A stretch of 64,000 nt of DNA. Origin: Obrimoposthia wandeli (Eukaryota). The first letter of the stretch is position 1. Every line of letters begins with the position of its first letter. Below the pieces are notes generated by a model that was not told the DNA's origin, searched no databases, and saw only the letters and a program-made list of their open reading frames with translations. Below are positions 24,083 through 34,277 of the stretch, piece after piece. The position numbers and the translations under genes were made by a program. The stretch lies in assembly GCA_977020255.1 (NCBI GenBank), contig CDROCS010000506.1, positions 2,604,001 through 2,668,000 on the forward strand, in the 5' to 3' direction.

Positions 24083-26650
24083 TTAAAGTTGTTCTTTCAA
24101 ACGGTATAACATCTCTAATGCTTCACGAGGTGTTAAGTTATCCACGTTTAATGCACTCAAGTCATCAATCACCGGATGAGTAACTGGCAGCGCTTCAACT
24201 TGTGGTCGTTCACCTGCCAGCACTGGATGGTGTGCATTAAGTTCTAACTCATGTAGCTTGATTTTAGCCGCGTGGATAACCGTTTTTGGTACGCCTGCTA
24301 ATGCCGCAACTTGTAAACCATAACTGCGATCTGCAGCGCCGTCTTGCACTGCATGCATAAACACAATCGAGTCACCGTGTTCAACGGCATCTAAGTGCAC
24401 ATTGACTAGGCTTGGATGCTGCTCTGCTAACGTCGTTAGTTCGAAGTAGTGAGTCGCAAACAAGGTGTAAGCTTGGATCTTATTGGTGAGATATTCAGCA
24501 CATGCCCACGCGAGTGACAAACCATCGTAAGTACTGGTACCACGACCAATTTCATCCATTAACACTAAGCTGTTCGCCGTTGCATTGTGGAGGATATTAG
24601 CGGTTTCGGTCATTTCGACCATGAAGGTCGAGCGACCTGATGCCAAATCATCCGAGGCTCCAATACGGGTAAAGATACGGTCGATTAATGACGTCGTTAC
24701 TTGCTCTGCTGGTACAAAACTACCGATGTGTGCCATTAGGGTGATTAACGCGGTTTGACGCATGTACGTTGATTTACCACCCATGTTGGGACCGGTAATA
24801 ATTAACATGCGACGTTCAGGGTTAAGCTGTACTGGATTGGCAATGAAGGGTTCTGTCATCACTTGCTCAACGACAGGGTGGCGTCCATTGGTAATATCGA
24901 TACCGGGTGTCACGCTAATCGTTGGGCGGCAATAGTTTAAGGTTTCTGCGCGTTCGGCAAAGTTACACAATACATCAAGTTCAGATAACGCCGCGGCACT
25001 GTCTTGTAATGCTGGGATGTACGGTAGCAGTTGATCTAACAATTGTTCATATAACTGTTTTTCGAGCGCCAATGATTTACCTTGGCTGCTGAGCACTTTA
25101 TCTTCGTGCTCTTTCAGTTCTGGGATGATGTAACGCTCGGTATTTTTGAGGGTTTGACGTCTGATATAAGTGATTGGTACTTGGTCCGATTGCAGACGAC
25201 TGACTTCGATGAAATACCCATGCACACGGTTATAACCTACTTTTAAGGTAGGAATACCGGTCTGCTGTTTTTCACGTTCTTCTAGCGCGTGTAAATAATC
25301 AGTAGCACCGCGACTCAGTTCACGCCATTCATCTAACTCTTTATTATAGCCGGGGGCTATCACGCCGCCATCACGAATGAGTACGGGTGGGTTGTCGATA
25401 ACTGCAAAGCTTAATAACGCTTCAAGATCACTAAATTCACCCGCTAATTGTTGCAGTGAACTTAAATGGTCGGCATTGTGCTCTGCTAATAGCGTTTGTA
25501 ACTCAGGTAACTGTTGGAATGCATTACGCAAACGCACCAGATCACGTGGGCGTGCTGAACGCAATGACAAACGAGCAATAATACGTTCAATATCACCAAT
25601 GGTACGTAATACCGGTTGGATCGCGTTAAGTGCTCCGACATCCAATAATGCTTGAATACTCGATTGACGTTGTTGCAGCACTAAGCTGTCACGAATCGGC
25701 TGATGTAACCAACGTTTTAATAAGCGGCTACCCATTGGAGTGGAAGTATGATCAAGTACTTCGGCAAGGGTATTATCAAAGCCACCCGATAAGTTTTGTG
25801 TTAGTTCTAGATTACGGCGTGTTGCTGCATCCATCACCACCATTTGCTCGGTCTGTTCAAGTTTGATTGCACGGATATGTGGCAGTGCAGTACGCTGGGT
25901 TTCTTTCACATATTGCATCAAACAACCGGCAGCACATAAAGCAATGGGTGAGTTTTCAACCCCAAAACCAATCAGATCTTTAGTACCAAATTGTTGGCAT
26001 AAAACGTTACGGCCGGTTTGTAAATCAAACTCCCATTCTGGGCGACGACGTAAGCCTTTTAAATGATTAATATGCTGCATTGACTCAAATGATTCACAAT
26101 ACAACAGCTCCGCGGGAACGGTACGTTGCAGCTCCGCCAGTAGGGTTTCTTCTGAGGTAAATTGGTTGATCAGGAAACTGCCACTGCCCATATCGAGTGT
26201 TGCATAACCATAGGTATGACCATCATGGAACAATGCCGCTAATAAATTATCGTTTTGCTCGCTTAACAAGGCTTCATCACTGACGGTACCTGGCGTCACG
26301 ATGCGGACAACTTTACGTTCAACGGGCCCTTTAGATGTAGCTGGATCGCCAATTTGTTCGCATATTGCGACTGATTCACCGCTACGTACTAGCTTTGCCA
26401 AGTAACCCTCTAATGAATGGTAAGGAATACCAGCCATTGGGATCGGGTTGCCATTTGACTTACCACGCTTGGTGAGGGAGATACCTAATAGCTGTGAGGC
26501 TTTTTTGGCATCATCATAAAATAACTCGTAAAAGTCACCCATGCGATAAAACAGTAAGATATCTGGTTGCTCAGCTTTCAACGTAAAGAATTGCTGCATC
26601 ATAGGGGTGTGGCTAGTTAAATCTTGAGGTGCAAGAAAGTTAGGTTGCAT
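24083..26650 (-). CDS. mutS: DNA mismatch repair protein MutS
   Basis: [55 protein letters not shown]. Confidence 0.99.
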   Translation of the reverse strand: MQPNFLAPQDLTSHTPMMQQFFTLKAEQPDILLFYRMGDFYELFYDDAKKASQLLGISLTKRGKSNGNPIPMAGIPYHSLEGYLAKLVRSGESVAICEQIGDPATSKGPVERKVVRIVTPGTVSDEALLSEQNDNLLAALFHDGHTYGYATLDMGSGSFLINQFTSEETLLAELQRTVPAELLYCESFESMQHINHLKGLRRRPEWEFDLQTGRNVLCQQFGTKDLIGFGVENSPIALCAAGCLMQYVKETQRTALPHIRAIKLEQTEQMVVMDAATRRNLELTQNLSGGFDNTLAEVLDHTSTPMGSRLLKRWLHQPIRDSLVLQQRQSSIQALLDVGALNAIQPVLRTIGDIERIIARLSLRSARPRDLVRLRNAFQQLPELQTLLAEHNADHLSSLQQLAGEFSDLEALLSFAVIDNPPVLIRDGGVIAPGYNKELDEWRELSRGATDYLHALEEREKQQTGIPTLKVGYNRVHGYFIEVSRLQSDQVPITYIRRQTLKNTERYIIPELKEHEDKVLSSQGKSLALEKQLYEQLLDQLLPYIPALQDSAAALSELDVLCNFAERAETLNYCRPTISVTPGIDITNGRHPVVEQVMTEPFIANPVQLNPERRMLIITGPNMGGKSTYMRQTALITLMAHIGSFVPAEQVTTSLIDRIFTRIGASDDLASGRSTFMVEMTETANILHNATANSLVLMDEIGRGTSTYDGLSLAWACAEYLTNKIQAYTLFATHYFELTTLAEQHPSLVNVHLDAVEHGDSIVFMHAVQDGAADRSYGLQVAALAGVPKTVIHAAKIKLHELELNAHHPVLAGERPQVEALPVTHPVIDDLSALNVDNLTPREALEMLYRLKEQL

Positions 26651-26773
26651 AGCGGCTCAGTTCTAAAAAATAATTATCGCTATAATAACAATGCTAAAGC
26701 AAGGTGGCGACTGTATTTTTTAATACATAAATATGACCTAGTAATAATTTTTTAAAAAATATGCGTTTATTGC

Positions 26774-26801
26774 TTGATACTGTATGAACGAACAGTATAC
26801 T
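26774..26801 (+). promoter_or_regulatory. recA promoter with LexA (SOS) box
   Basis: TTGATA (26774-26779) and TATACT (26796-26801) flank CTGTatgaacgaACAG (26780-26795), which matches CTGT-N8-ACAG. Confidence 0.93.
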
Positions 26802-26845
26802 TAAGCCATAAAATTAAATACTCGATTATGCCTCAGGGGAATAAA

Positions 26846-27889
26846 ATGGACGCGAATAAAGAAAAAGCCTTAGCTGCTGCACTTGGACAAATTGAAAAAC
26901 AATTTGGTAAAGGTTCAATCATGAAGCTAGGTGATAACCGTACCATGGACGTAGAAACAGTTTCTACTGGTTCACTTTCTCTTGATATCGCATTGGGTGC
27001 TGGTGGTTTACCGATGGGGCGTATTGTTGAAATTTACGGTCCTGAATCAAGTGGTAAAACAACCTTAACATTAGAAGTTATCGCATCTGCCCAACGTGAA
27101 GGTAAAATCTGTGCCTTTATCGATGCTGAGCATGCGCTTGACCCAATTTATGCAGGTAAACTGGGTTGTAATATTAATGAACTATTAGTCTCGCAACCAG
27201 ATACCGGTGAGCAAGCATTAGAAATTTGTGACATGCTAGCACGCTCTGGTGCTGTTGATATTATCGTAATCGATTCTGTAGCGGCACTAACACCAAAAGC
27301 TGAAATTGAAGGCGACATGGGCGATAGCCACATGGGTCTGCAAGCACGTATGTTATCGCAAGCAATGCGTAAGCTAACGGGTAACTTAAAAACGACTAAC
27401 ACTATGTGTATCTTCATTAACCAAATTCGTATGAAAATTGGTGTAATGTTTGGTTCACCTGAAACAACGACAGGTGGTAATGCACTTAAATTCTACGCGT
27501 CAGTACGTTTAGATATTCGTCGTATTGGTTCAGTGAAAGATGGCGACGAAATCACGGGTAATGAAACACGTGTTAAAGTTGTGAAAAACAAAATTGCAGC
27601 ACCTTTTAGACAAGCTGAATTCCAAATCCTATACGGTAAAGGCTTTAACCGTAACGGTGAGTTAATTGACCTAGGTGTTAAAGAAAAACTAATTGAAAAA
27701 GCGGGCGCTTGGTATTCATACAAGGGTGAGAAAATCGGTCAAGGTAAAGCGAAATCAACGCAATTCCTTATCGACAACCCTGCGATTGCTAGTGAGATTG
27801 ATGGTTTGATCCGCGCTAACCTACTTGGTAAAAAAGACGAAGAAGTAGCTCCAGTTGTTAATACACCTGAAACTGAAAACGAATTTTAA
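26846..27889 (+). CDS. recA: Recombinase RecA
   Basis: True start MDANKEKAL behind a GGGGA RBS; [26 protein letters not shown]. Confidence 0.99.
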   Translation: MDANKEKALAAALGQIEKQFGKGSIMKLGDNRTMDVETVSTGSLSLDIALGAGGLPMGRIVEIYGPESSGKTTLTLEVIASAQREGKICAFIDAEHALDPIYAGKLGCNINELLVSQPDTGEQALEICDMLARSGAVDIIVIDSVAALTPKAEIEGDMGDSHMGLQARMLSQAMRKLTGNLKTTNTMCIFINQIRMKIGVMFGSPETTTGGNALKFYASVRLDIRRIGSVKDGDEITGNETRVKVVKNKIAAPFRQAEFQILYGKGFNRNGELIDLGVKEKLIEKAGAWYSYKGEKIGQGKAKSTQFLIDNPAIASEIDGLIRANLLGKKDEEVAPVVNTPETENEF

Positions 27890-27950
27890 TTCTGCTATCG
27901 ATTAGCGCTACGTCATTAGACTTGCGTTGATTGAATAAGAGGATTTTAGC

Positions 27951-27983
27951 AAAGGCAGAGATGGTGACATCCCTGCCTTTTTA
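27951..27983. terminator. Terminator after recA, convergent with the PepSY gene
   Basis: aaaggcagagatg-gtga-catccctgccttttttt. Confidence 0.8.
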
Positions 27984-28010
27984 TTATTCATTTTCCATGA
28001 GTATTACTTA

Positions 28011-28616
28011 TTAGGTCTTATTTACTGATTTCTTGATCATAACAACACCCGTCAACGCCATTAATACCAATAATCCCAAACCTATGTAGCCAAACCATTG
28101 ATCAAATACCTTATTGCCCGTCCAGCGTAGATAGTGAATATCATACATGGTGTTGAAGAATCGACTGTCTGCACCTTGTTGACGCAGACTTAGCCTAGGC
28201 CAATCAAACATCAGCTTTACCTTTGTATCTGTCAATGCGACGCCATCTTGATAGTTTAAGACTGAGCCATAACGCGCTGGATTATGTTTTATCGCATCCT
28301 GTAATAAACTGATGATGCTTTGTGAGCTTGGCTCTGACAGCGTTTGGTTATTTAAAGGGTTAATATGCTGCCATTTGTTGGCTACTTTAATCCGATAATG
28401 GCTGCCTAAAATACTGCGGCTTATTGCAATTTCTTGCCACTCAGGCCTAGGTGTCAGTGGTAATGTTGAAGAGAGTGGATAGCTGATTATTTGTAATTGC
28501 TCGTAAGCATTTTTGTAACCGGGTTTGACCAAAAAAAATGCCCCTGTTAATGCCCAGAGGGTTACCGGTAAGATTAATAAATAGCCAAGGTAGCGATGCA
28601 GTTTGTAAGTATTCAT
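28011..28616 (-). CDS. PepSY-associated TM-domain protein
   Basis: KLHRYLGYLL...LTGAF N-terminal helix; YDIHYLRWTG and a C-terminal TM ending ALTGV. Confidence 0.75.
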   Translation of the reverse strand: MNTYKLHRYLGYLLILPVTLWALTGAFFLVKPGYKNAYEQLQIISYPLSSTLPLTPRPEWQEIAISRSILGSHYRIKVANKWQHINPLNNQTLSEPSSQSIISLLQDAIKHNPARYGSVLNYQDGVALTDTKVKLMFDWPRLSLRQQGADSRFFNTMYDIHYLRWTGNKVFDQWFGYIGLGLLVLMALTGVVMIKKSVNKT

Positions 28617-28732
28617 TGCTGTTTATCATAGAAATATAGTTGCCGTTATTTTACGGTTTAATAATAAAAAACCTTTCGCCAATAAGGATGCTTTGACTGA
28701 ATGTTAATTATATGTTTATTATCATTAGGCTT

Positions 28733-28766
28733 CACAAGAGGTGGCATTAACAAGACACCTCTTGTG
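28733..28766 (-). terminator. Hairpin downstream of the TraF-like gene
   Basis: cacaagaggtg...cacctcttgtg, 11-bp stem. Confidence 0.65.
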
Positions 28767-28799
28767 TGTTTCAATCACTCGGTATAAGGAAATACTAAA

Positions 28800-30104
28800 C
28801 TAGAATTTAGCCGAAACTTGTAATACAAATCCGTCGATACCGTAGGGAGCATCGTCTCCTGTGGTGCTTGCTGAATTGAGGCCGCCATCGTTAAATTCAC
28901 CATCTTGGTAGACAGTATAAGCACCGTTTTTACTGACTGTTGCTGCAAGATCTATGTGGACTAAGTCCATTGGTGAAATACCAAAACCTAAGGTGTATAA
29001 ATCTTCGCGGATATCATTTAAATCATGGCGAACACCTGCACGTAGTTGTAAGAAATCAAATAGGTTTGCTTCAATACCAGCGCGAGCATAACGAGACTCG
29101 CTGTTACTTTCAAAACCAATGGCATCGTTTAAGTCCATTTCTGCCGTCAGTGTTGCGTAATCATGATGTAGTGCAAAACCTGCTGTGACTAATGGTGCGA
29201 GTGTAAATACCAGTTTCTCATCGGCTTGATTAATGCCTTTATACGCTGTTGTTTCGACTTCTAGATCCTTCTTCAGCATGTTGCGACCGCTTATTGCTAC
29301 TCGGAAAGTATCATAAAAATCAATTGCCACCCCGGCATCAAGGTTGAAGTGATTTTGTTTGTCTAAGCCATCGAGGAAGCCATCTTCAAACTCAGAAAGA
29401 CCATCGTCATTGATTGAAATGTCATAACTGTAAGTATCGATACGTTGATATTTTGGTGATAGGCCAATAGAGACAGTGGCTATATCGGCATCCCAATTCA
29501 TTGATAGTGCGAGGCCAAGGTCAGAGATGGATACACCTGCCAGGTTAACTTTACTATCAAGATCATCCAAATTTTGGCTATTGGCCAAATCAATATCACT
29601 TTGACTGACTTTCGCTGTTGCTATGCTCGTCATGTAAGAGTTACCGAAGAAGGCCACTGATAAAGCCTTACTTGGTAATGCAATAGCAAAGCTGGTGCCT
29701 GCATTGACGCCCATGCGCTGGCCATCAAATTCACCCAGTGCATTAGCATAAGCTATTGCAGTAGATGCGTTAGTATTATTGTCATAGGCATCTTGGGCAG
29801 TTTTGACATTGTCTAACGCCCCTAAAAAGGCACTAGATGTTTCTGTTTGGATACCAAAAGAGGTCGGCGCATAACGAGCATGACCATCATCGCTATATGG
29901 AATAGCAGGTAAGATCACACCAATGTAGTCCGTTTTTCCTTGGCCTAATAATGCAGGGTTAACAAACGCTGCAGTGACAAAGTCGGAAGAGGCAACGCCG
30001 GCACCGCCCATTGCATCGTTACGAGCATCAAAATACAACTGTGCAGCAAAAGTGGTCGGTACAATCGCACATGTGAGTGCTGAAATAATAACTATACGTT
30101 TCAT
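28800..30104 (-). CDS. Exported outer-membrane beta-barrel-like protein of the chromosomal TraF_2 family
   Basis: Signal peptide; DARNDAMGGAGVAS...NPALL; RAGVRHDL...GFGISP; amphipathic strands; C-terminal Phe. Confidence 0.7.
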   Translation of the reverse strand: MKRIVIISALTCAIVPTTFAAQLYFDARNDAMGGAGVASSDFVTAAFVNPALLGQGKTDYIGVILPAIPYSDDGHARYAPTSFGIQTETSSAFLGALDNVKTAQDAYDNNTNASTAIAYANALGEFDGQRMGVNAGTSFAIALPSKALSVAFFGNSYMTSIATAKVSQSDIDLANSQNLDDLDSKVNLAGVSISDLGLALSMNWDADIATVSIGLSPKYQRIDTYSYDISINDDGLSEFEDGFLDGLDKQNHFNLDAGVAIDFYDTFRVAISGRNMLKKDLEVETTAYKGINQADEKLVFTLAPLVTAGFALHHDYATLTAEMDLNDAIGFESNSESRYARAGIEANLFDFLQLRAGVRHDLNDIREDLYTLGFGISPMDLVHIDLAATVSKNGAYTVYQDGEFNDGGLNSASTTGDDAPYGIDGFVLQVSAKF

Positions 30105-30681
30105 ATCAATCCCTGATTTTAATTCGTAGCGATGTTGACTCGATAAGCGTTATAAAGTTATTAATTAGAGCGGTAATGTGCTGATTAATCCGTTAATCGA
30201 CAGAGACATTTCGCTGTAATGAACTTTGAATGATGCTTGTTACTTGATGAATAAATATTAGCATTGGATGAGGTGAACTTAAGTTTGATGTTAAGTACTA
30301 GTTTATGGGATGGAATTTGTGATCTTGATCTTTTCGTTTGAATTAACGTCGATTTCGTTAGATTGGTTTGGTCAGTCTTGTATCTCTTTAATATAGCGAG
30401 TATAAATAGCTGAACTCATCGTGAGATACTAAATTTTTTAATATCAACATATTATCTAGACATGTATTGGGCGTGCATCAAAGTAGCAAAGTATGAGGTG
30501 ACGTTCTCATGCTTTTCTTGCCCTAGTGTCGATATAGATGGTCATCGAACTCGAGTAGAACATGCGCGTCATTTGTAGGTGATTGCTCTTCAGCGAATAG
30601 CTTTAGCTAAATATCTACATTAAATTGGCAATGTTTTACTATTATAGAAAGAATGAAAACAATAAATAAGAGGTTATTTCT

Positions 30682-31266
30682 GTGCTTGAAGCAAACTATG
30701 AACAGCAATTAATGAAATTATTACCTTGGCAGAAAGTGAGCTTTATAGCGGCGCTTGCTGAACGTAGTTACCCTAACTACAAATTATTTTCTGAAGCTTG
30801 TGAAACTGGTGATGCACAGCAATTCCGCTTATCACTTGATCTATTTTGGGAGTCATTAACGGTTAAAAGCAGCAAAATCAACTTTGCTATTCAATATGAC
30901 CGCTTCGAACCCATTATTCCAAATGTCGATAAATTTGATGTGTATGGTGTTTATCCTGCACTTGATGCATGCGTTACATTAAACAGTGCCTTTAATAGTT
31001 TAGTCGGACCTGATCCAGACGTGAACGAAGCAATTAATGCTTCACGTGTATCTATTGGTACTGTCGCGAGTTATTTGGAAGCGTTAGCAGGCGAAGAGCT
31101 TGATGAAGACGACATGTTTTCTGATGAGCTGATGAAAGAAGAGTTCCAATTTCAACAAGCCGTATTAGATCTATTAACGGTACAAAAATCACCTGATAGT
31201 ATTAAAGCAATACGCCAATTTGCAAAAAATGACGGTATTTCTAATATTGGTATTACCTTAGATTAA
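30682..31266 (+). CDS. yjaG: YjaG / DUF416 family protein
   Basis: LLPWQKVSFIAALAERSYPNY, FDVYGVYPALDAC, GISNIGI; upstream of hupA. Confidence 0.88.
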   Translation: MLEANYEQQLMKLLPWQKVSFIAALAERSYPNYKLFSEACETGDAQQFRLSLDLFWESLTVKSSKINFAIQYDRFEPIIPNVDKFDVYGVYPALDACVTLNSAFNSLVGPDPDVNEAINASRVSIGTVASYLEALAGEELDEDDMFSDELMKEEFQFQQAVLDLLTVQKSPDSIKAIRQFAKNDGISNIGITLD

Positions 31267-31521
31267 TTAATTGAAATATCATTAAATAGCCGTCAGCACT
31301 GGTAGTAACGGCTATTGTGGCAAGTTGTCACTGTAATAATAGTGACTTTTTTATGATGTTTTTTTGTACATAGAGTGAGATTAGTGTGAGCGCTCGCCCA
31401 TTTGTTGATTATTCTCTCAGCAATTGGCTGAATTAAGGCGATAAATCCTTTGCGGTCAACGGTTTTTTTGAATAGAGTGTTTAACAGTTTAATATTATTG
31501 AATAGCAGAAAGGACATTCTT

Positions 31522-31806
31522 ATGAACAAAACTCAATTAATCGATGCAGTTGCAGCGAAAGCAGATTTAACTAAAGTACAAGCTAAAGCAGCACTTGAAG
31601 AGATCCTAAGTGCGATCACTGATAGCCTTAAAGAAAAAGAAGCTGTACAGCTAATTGGTTTCGGTACTTTTAAAGTAAGCGAACGTTCAGCACGTACTGG
31701 CCGCAACCCACAAACGGGTGAAGAAATTCAAATTTCTGCTGCTACAATACCTGCATTCGTTGCTGGTAAAGCACTGAAAGACGCAGTTAAAAACGCAAAC
31801 AAATAA
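31522..31806 (+). CDS. hupA: DNA-binding protein HU-alpha
   Basis: [11 protein letters not shown]...[11 protein letters not shown]...RTGRNPQTG...[14 protein letters not shown]. Confidence 0.95.
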   Translation: MNKTQLIDAVAAKADLTKVQAKAALEEILSAITDSLKEKEAVQLIGFGTFKVSERSARTGRNPQTGEEIQISAATIPAFVAGKALKDAVKNANK

Positions 31807-31836
31807 ATATTAATTTTTATTCATTTAAACGTTAAT

Positions 31837-31865
31837 AAAAAAAGCACCTAATTAGGTGCTTTTTT
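31837..31865. terminator. Bidirectional terminator between hupA and yfjD
   Basis: aaaaaaagcacc-taatta-ggtgctttttt. Confidence 0.88.
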
Positions 31866-31904
31866 ATTATCTACGACTTATGTTTAGTACCGGAATAACG
31901 CGTT

Positions 31905-33197
31905 TTAAGGCGTTATGTCAGATTTATTTTTTTCGGCGGCTTGAACACGAACTCGTTGGATAACATTGTTTTCGATTGCTAAGACTTCCAGTGGATGGCC
32001 TGCAATTTTTAGGCTGATATTCGATACAGGGATCTCTTCCAAATATTCTAAAATCAAACCGTTTAAGGTTTTTGGACCATCGGTTGGGAAGTGCCAGCTC
32101 ATTTCTTTATTAATGTCACGCACGTTAGCAGTACCATCAATGATATAACTGCCGTCTGGTTGTGCGACAATCTCTTCGCTCGCGGAAGGTGCCATTGTAG
32201 TCGTGAAATCACCGACAATCTCTTCTAAGATATCTTCCAGTGTCACTAGACCCTGAATATCACCATACTCGTCCACGATTAAGCCTATACGTTCTTTCTT
32301 ACGTTGGAACTTTAATAGCTGTACATTAAGTGGTGTCGACTCTGGAATGAAGTACAGCTCTTTTACCGCACGTAATAGCGTGGTTTTATCGAATTGTTCT
32401 TTAAGTAATAAACGTAATGCATCACGGGTATGAACAAAACCAACCGCGTCATCGATGGTGTCACGGTACAATAATACCTTGGTGTGAGAGATGTTACGTA
32501 ATTGACGTAACAAGATCTCCCATTCATCGTTAATGTCGATAGCGATAATTTCGTTACGCGGCACCATGATGTCATCAACCGTTACTTTCTCTAGATCTAA
32601 AATACTGATAAGCATATCTTGGTGACGTTGTGGGATCATCGCTCCGGCTTCATGTACCACAGTTCGCAGCTCGTCAGAGTTTAACGCACCATTGTTATCA
32701 TGTTCCACATTGACACGGAAAAGACGCAGTAGGCCATTAGAAATGATGTTTACGAGCCAGACTAGCGGGTAAAATAGCGTGAGTAATGGACGTAGTATAA
32801 ATGAACTTGGGAATGCCACTTTTTCAGGGTGCAGTGCGGCTAAAGTTTTCGGTGTTACTTCAGCAAAAATCAGGATCACAATGGTTAATAAACCGGTCGA
32901 AACGGCTAAACCAAGGGCTTCATTTTCTGCAAATAAACGCATACCGAGAATAGTTGCTATAGAAGAGGCCAAGATGTTGACCAGGTTGTTACCAATTAGA
33001 ATAAGACCAATCAAGCGGTCAGGTCTGTTGAGGAGTTTTTCTACACGTTTCGCACCCGTATGGTTATTTTTAACCAGGTGCTTAAGCCTGTAACGATTAA
33101 GAGACATCATGCCAGTTTCTGAGCTAGAGAAATAAGCTGATATAAAAATTAAAATAGTCAGGAGACCAAACAAGGTCCCCGTTGATATGTCGTCCAA
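31905..33197 (-). CDS. yfjD: CNNM/DUF21-CBS-CorC transporter (YfjD/CorB)
   Basis: FSSSETGMMSLNRYRL, ILIGNNLVNI, EVTPKT, tandem CBS with VDEYGDIQGLVTLEDILEEIVG. Confidence 0.92.
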   Translation of the reverse strand: MDDISTGTLFGLLTILIFISAYFSSSETGMMSLNRYRLKHLVKNNHTGAKRVEKLLNRPDRLIGLILIGNNLVNILASSIATILGMRLFAENEALGLAVSTGLLTIVILIFAEVTPKTLAALHPEKVAFPSSFILRPLLTLFYPLVWLVNIISNGLLRLFRVNVEHDNNGALNSDELRTVVHEAGAMIPQRHQDMLISILDLEKVTVDDIMVPRNEIIAIDINDEWEILLRQLRNISHTKVLLYRDTIDDAVGFVHTRDALRLLLKEQFDKTTLLRAVKELYFIPESTPLNVQLLKFQRKKERIGLIVDEYGDIQGLVTLEDILEEIVGDFTTTMAPSASEEIVAQPDGSYIIDGTANVRDINKEMSWHFPTDGPKTLNGLILEYLEEIPVSNISLKIAGHPLEVLAIENNVIQRVRVQAAEKNKSDITP

Positions 33198-33267
33198 GTG
33201 TTATCCTTTGATTACGCAAGTGTATGTATAAAAATTAATCGGTGTTTGTTATCGGTGTCGCTCGGTA

Positions 33268-34068
33268 TTAATGGAGGATAACCTCTTTTACAAAGCGAGA
33301 ACCGAAATAAGCGAGTGACAGCAGTATAGAACCAAATAGTGTACCAAATGCAATTTTGTTACTACGCCAACCCTGCTTAAAGTGTCCCCAGAGTAATACA
33401 GAATAGAACAGCCAAGCTAAGATAGACAATACGGTTTTATGTGCTTGTGTGTGGGTAAATGCATCTTCAAAAAATATAAAACTGGTCAGTATGGCTATTG
33501 ATAATAATGCTAAGCCTATACTTAATAATCTAATTAACTGTTTTTCTATCGTCATTAACGAGGGCAGTGCAGGGTGCATGGCAATCGGACGTTTGTGTTT
33601 GAGTTGATAATCTAAGTAGGCCATTTGCAGCGCCAGTAAACTCGCAACAATAAATGCTGCATAGGCAAATAAGATCACGACGATATGCACAACCAGTGGG
33701 GTATTATCACTTAAATTGGAAATGTAAATCGTTGGTAACAGGTAGCTTATCGCAATGACAATGGTCGAAAATCCATAGACGATAGGTAATAAAGGCAATA
33801 TTTTAAATTTATTGATCGACAGTGTCATGATGATCGAGATCAGTAAACTGATGAGCGCTGCGACATTAACAATGCTCAGATTAATCCCTGCTGTCGTTAC
33901 AATATCAAACCCCATCCAAAACAGATGGCAAAGTGTTGCGGCTGCACCTAAGGTGAAAATAGTACGTATACTCGTCTTTTGCTTTACAGTTAAGGCTGTA
34001 ATGCAATTATAAATTGCAGCTATATAAAAAATAATAGCGCCGAGAGCAAACAGTTCCATAGGGCTCAC
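33268..34068 (-). CDS. ypjD: Inner-membrane cytochrome c assembly family protein (YpjD/CcsA-like)
   Basis: Eight TMs; HKTVLSILAW, LAYFGSRFVKEVIL; divergent from ffh. Confidence 0.88.
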   Translation of the reverse strand: MSPMELFALGAIIFYIAAIYNCITALTVKQKTSIRTIFTLGAAATLCHLFWMGFDIVTTAGINLSIVNVAALISLLISIIMTLSINKFKILPLLPIVYGFSTIVIAISYLLPTIYISNLSDNTPLVVHIVVILFAYAAFIVASLLALQMAYLDYQLKHKRPIAMHPALPSLMTIEKQLIRLLSIGLALLSIAILTSFIFFEDAFTHTQAHKTVLSILAWLFYSVLLWGHFKQGWRSNKIAFGTLFGSILLSLAYFGSRFVKEVILH

Positions 34069-34277
34069 TTTAATGTTGATTTATATGTAATTATGTAGTC
34101 CAGTATACGCTTGCTATATCTATAGAGCTATATTCAAATGCATTATTTGGAAAGGAAAATATTATTTTTTTATAAAACAATACCTAGGGATGCCTTGAGT
34201 GTGTGATTTTTGCCCTCAAATAAGGTTATAATCATAAGTAATTATTGCATTTAATCTAATTTATAACGGATAACGTC

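Noticed and set aside
26709-26725. Second LexA box (ctgtattttttaatac)
   Set aside because: The right half lacks CAG, so it is not a valid CTG-N10-CAG site
28800-30104. Conjugative or integrative element
   Set aside because: A single TraF-like gene only; no integrase, relaxase, T4SS genes, tRNA target or att repeats seen
30240-30320. CsrB/CsrC-type sRNA (prompted by barA in the window)
   Set aside because: Only two or three GGA motifs and no repeated hairpin-loop GGA pattern
30462-30578. 38-codon ORF MYWACIK...CFSC...
   Set aside because: No RBS, no recognisable similarity, and it runs across a terminator-like hairpin
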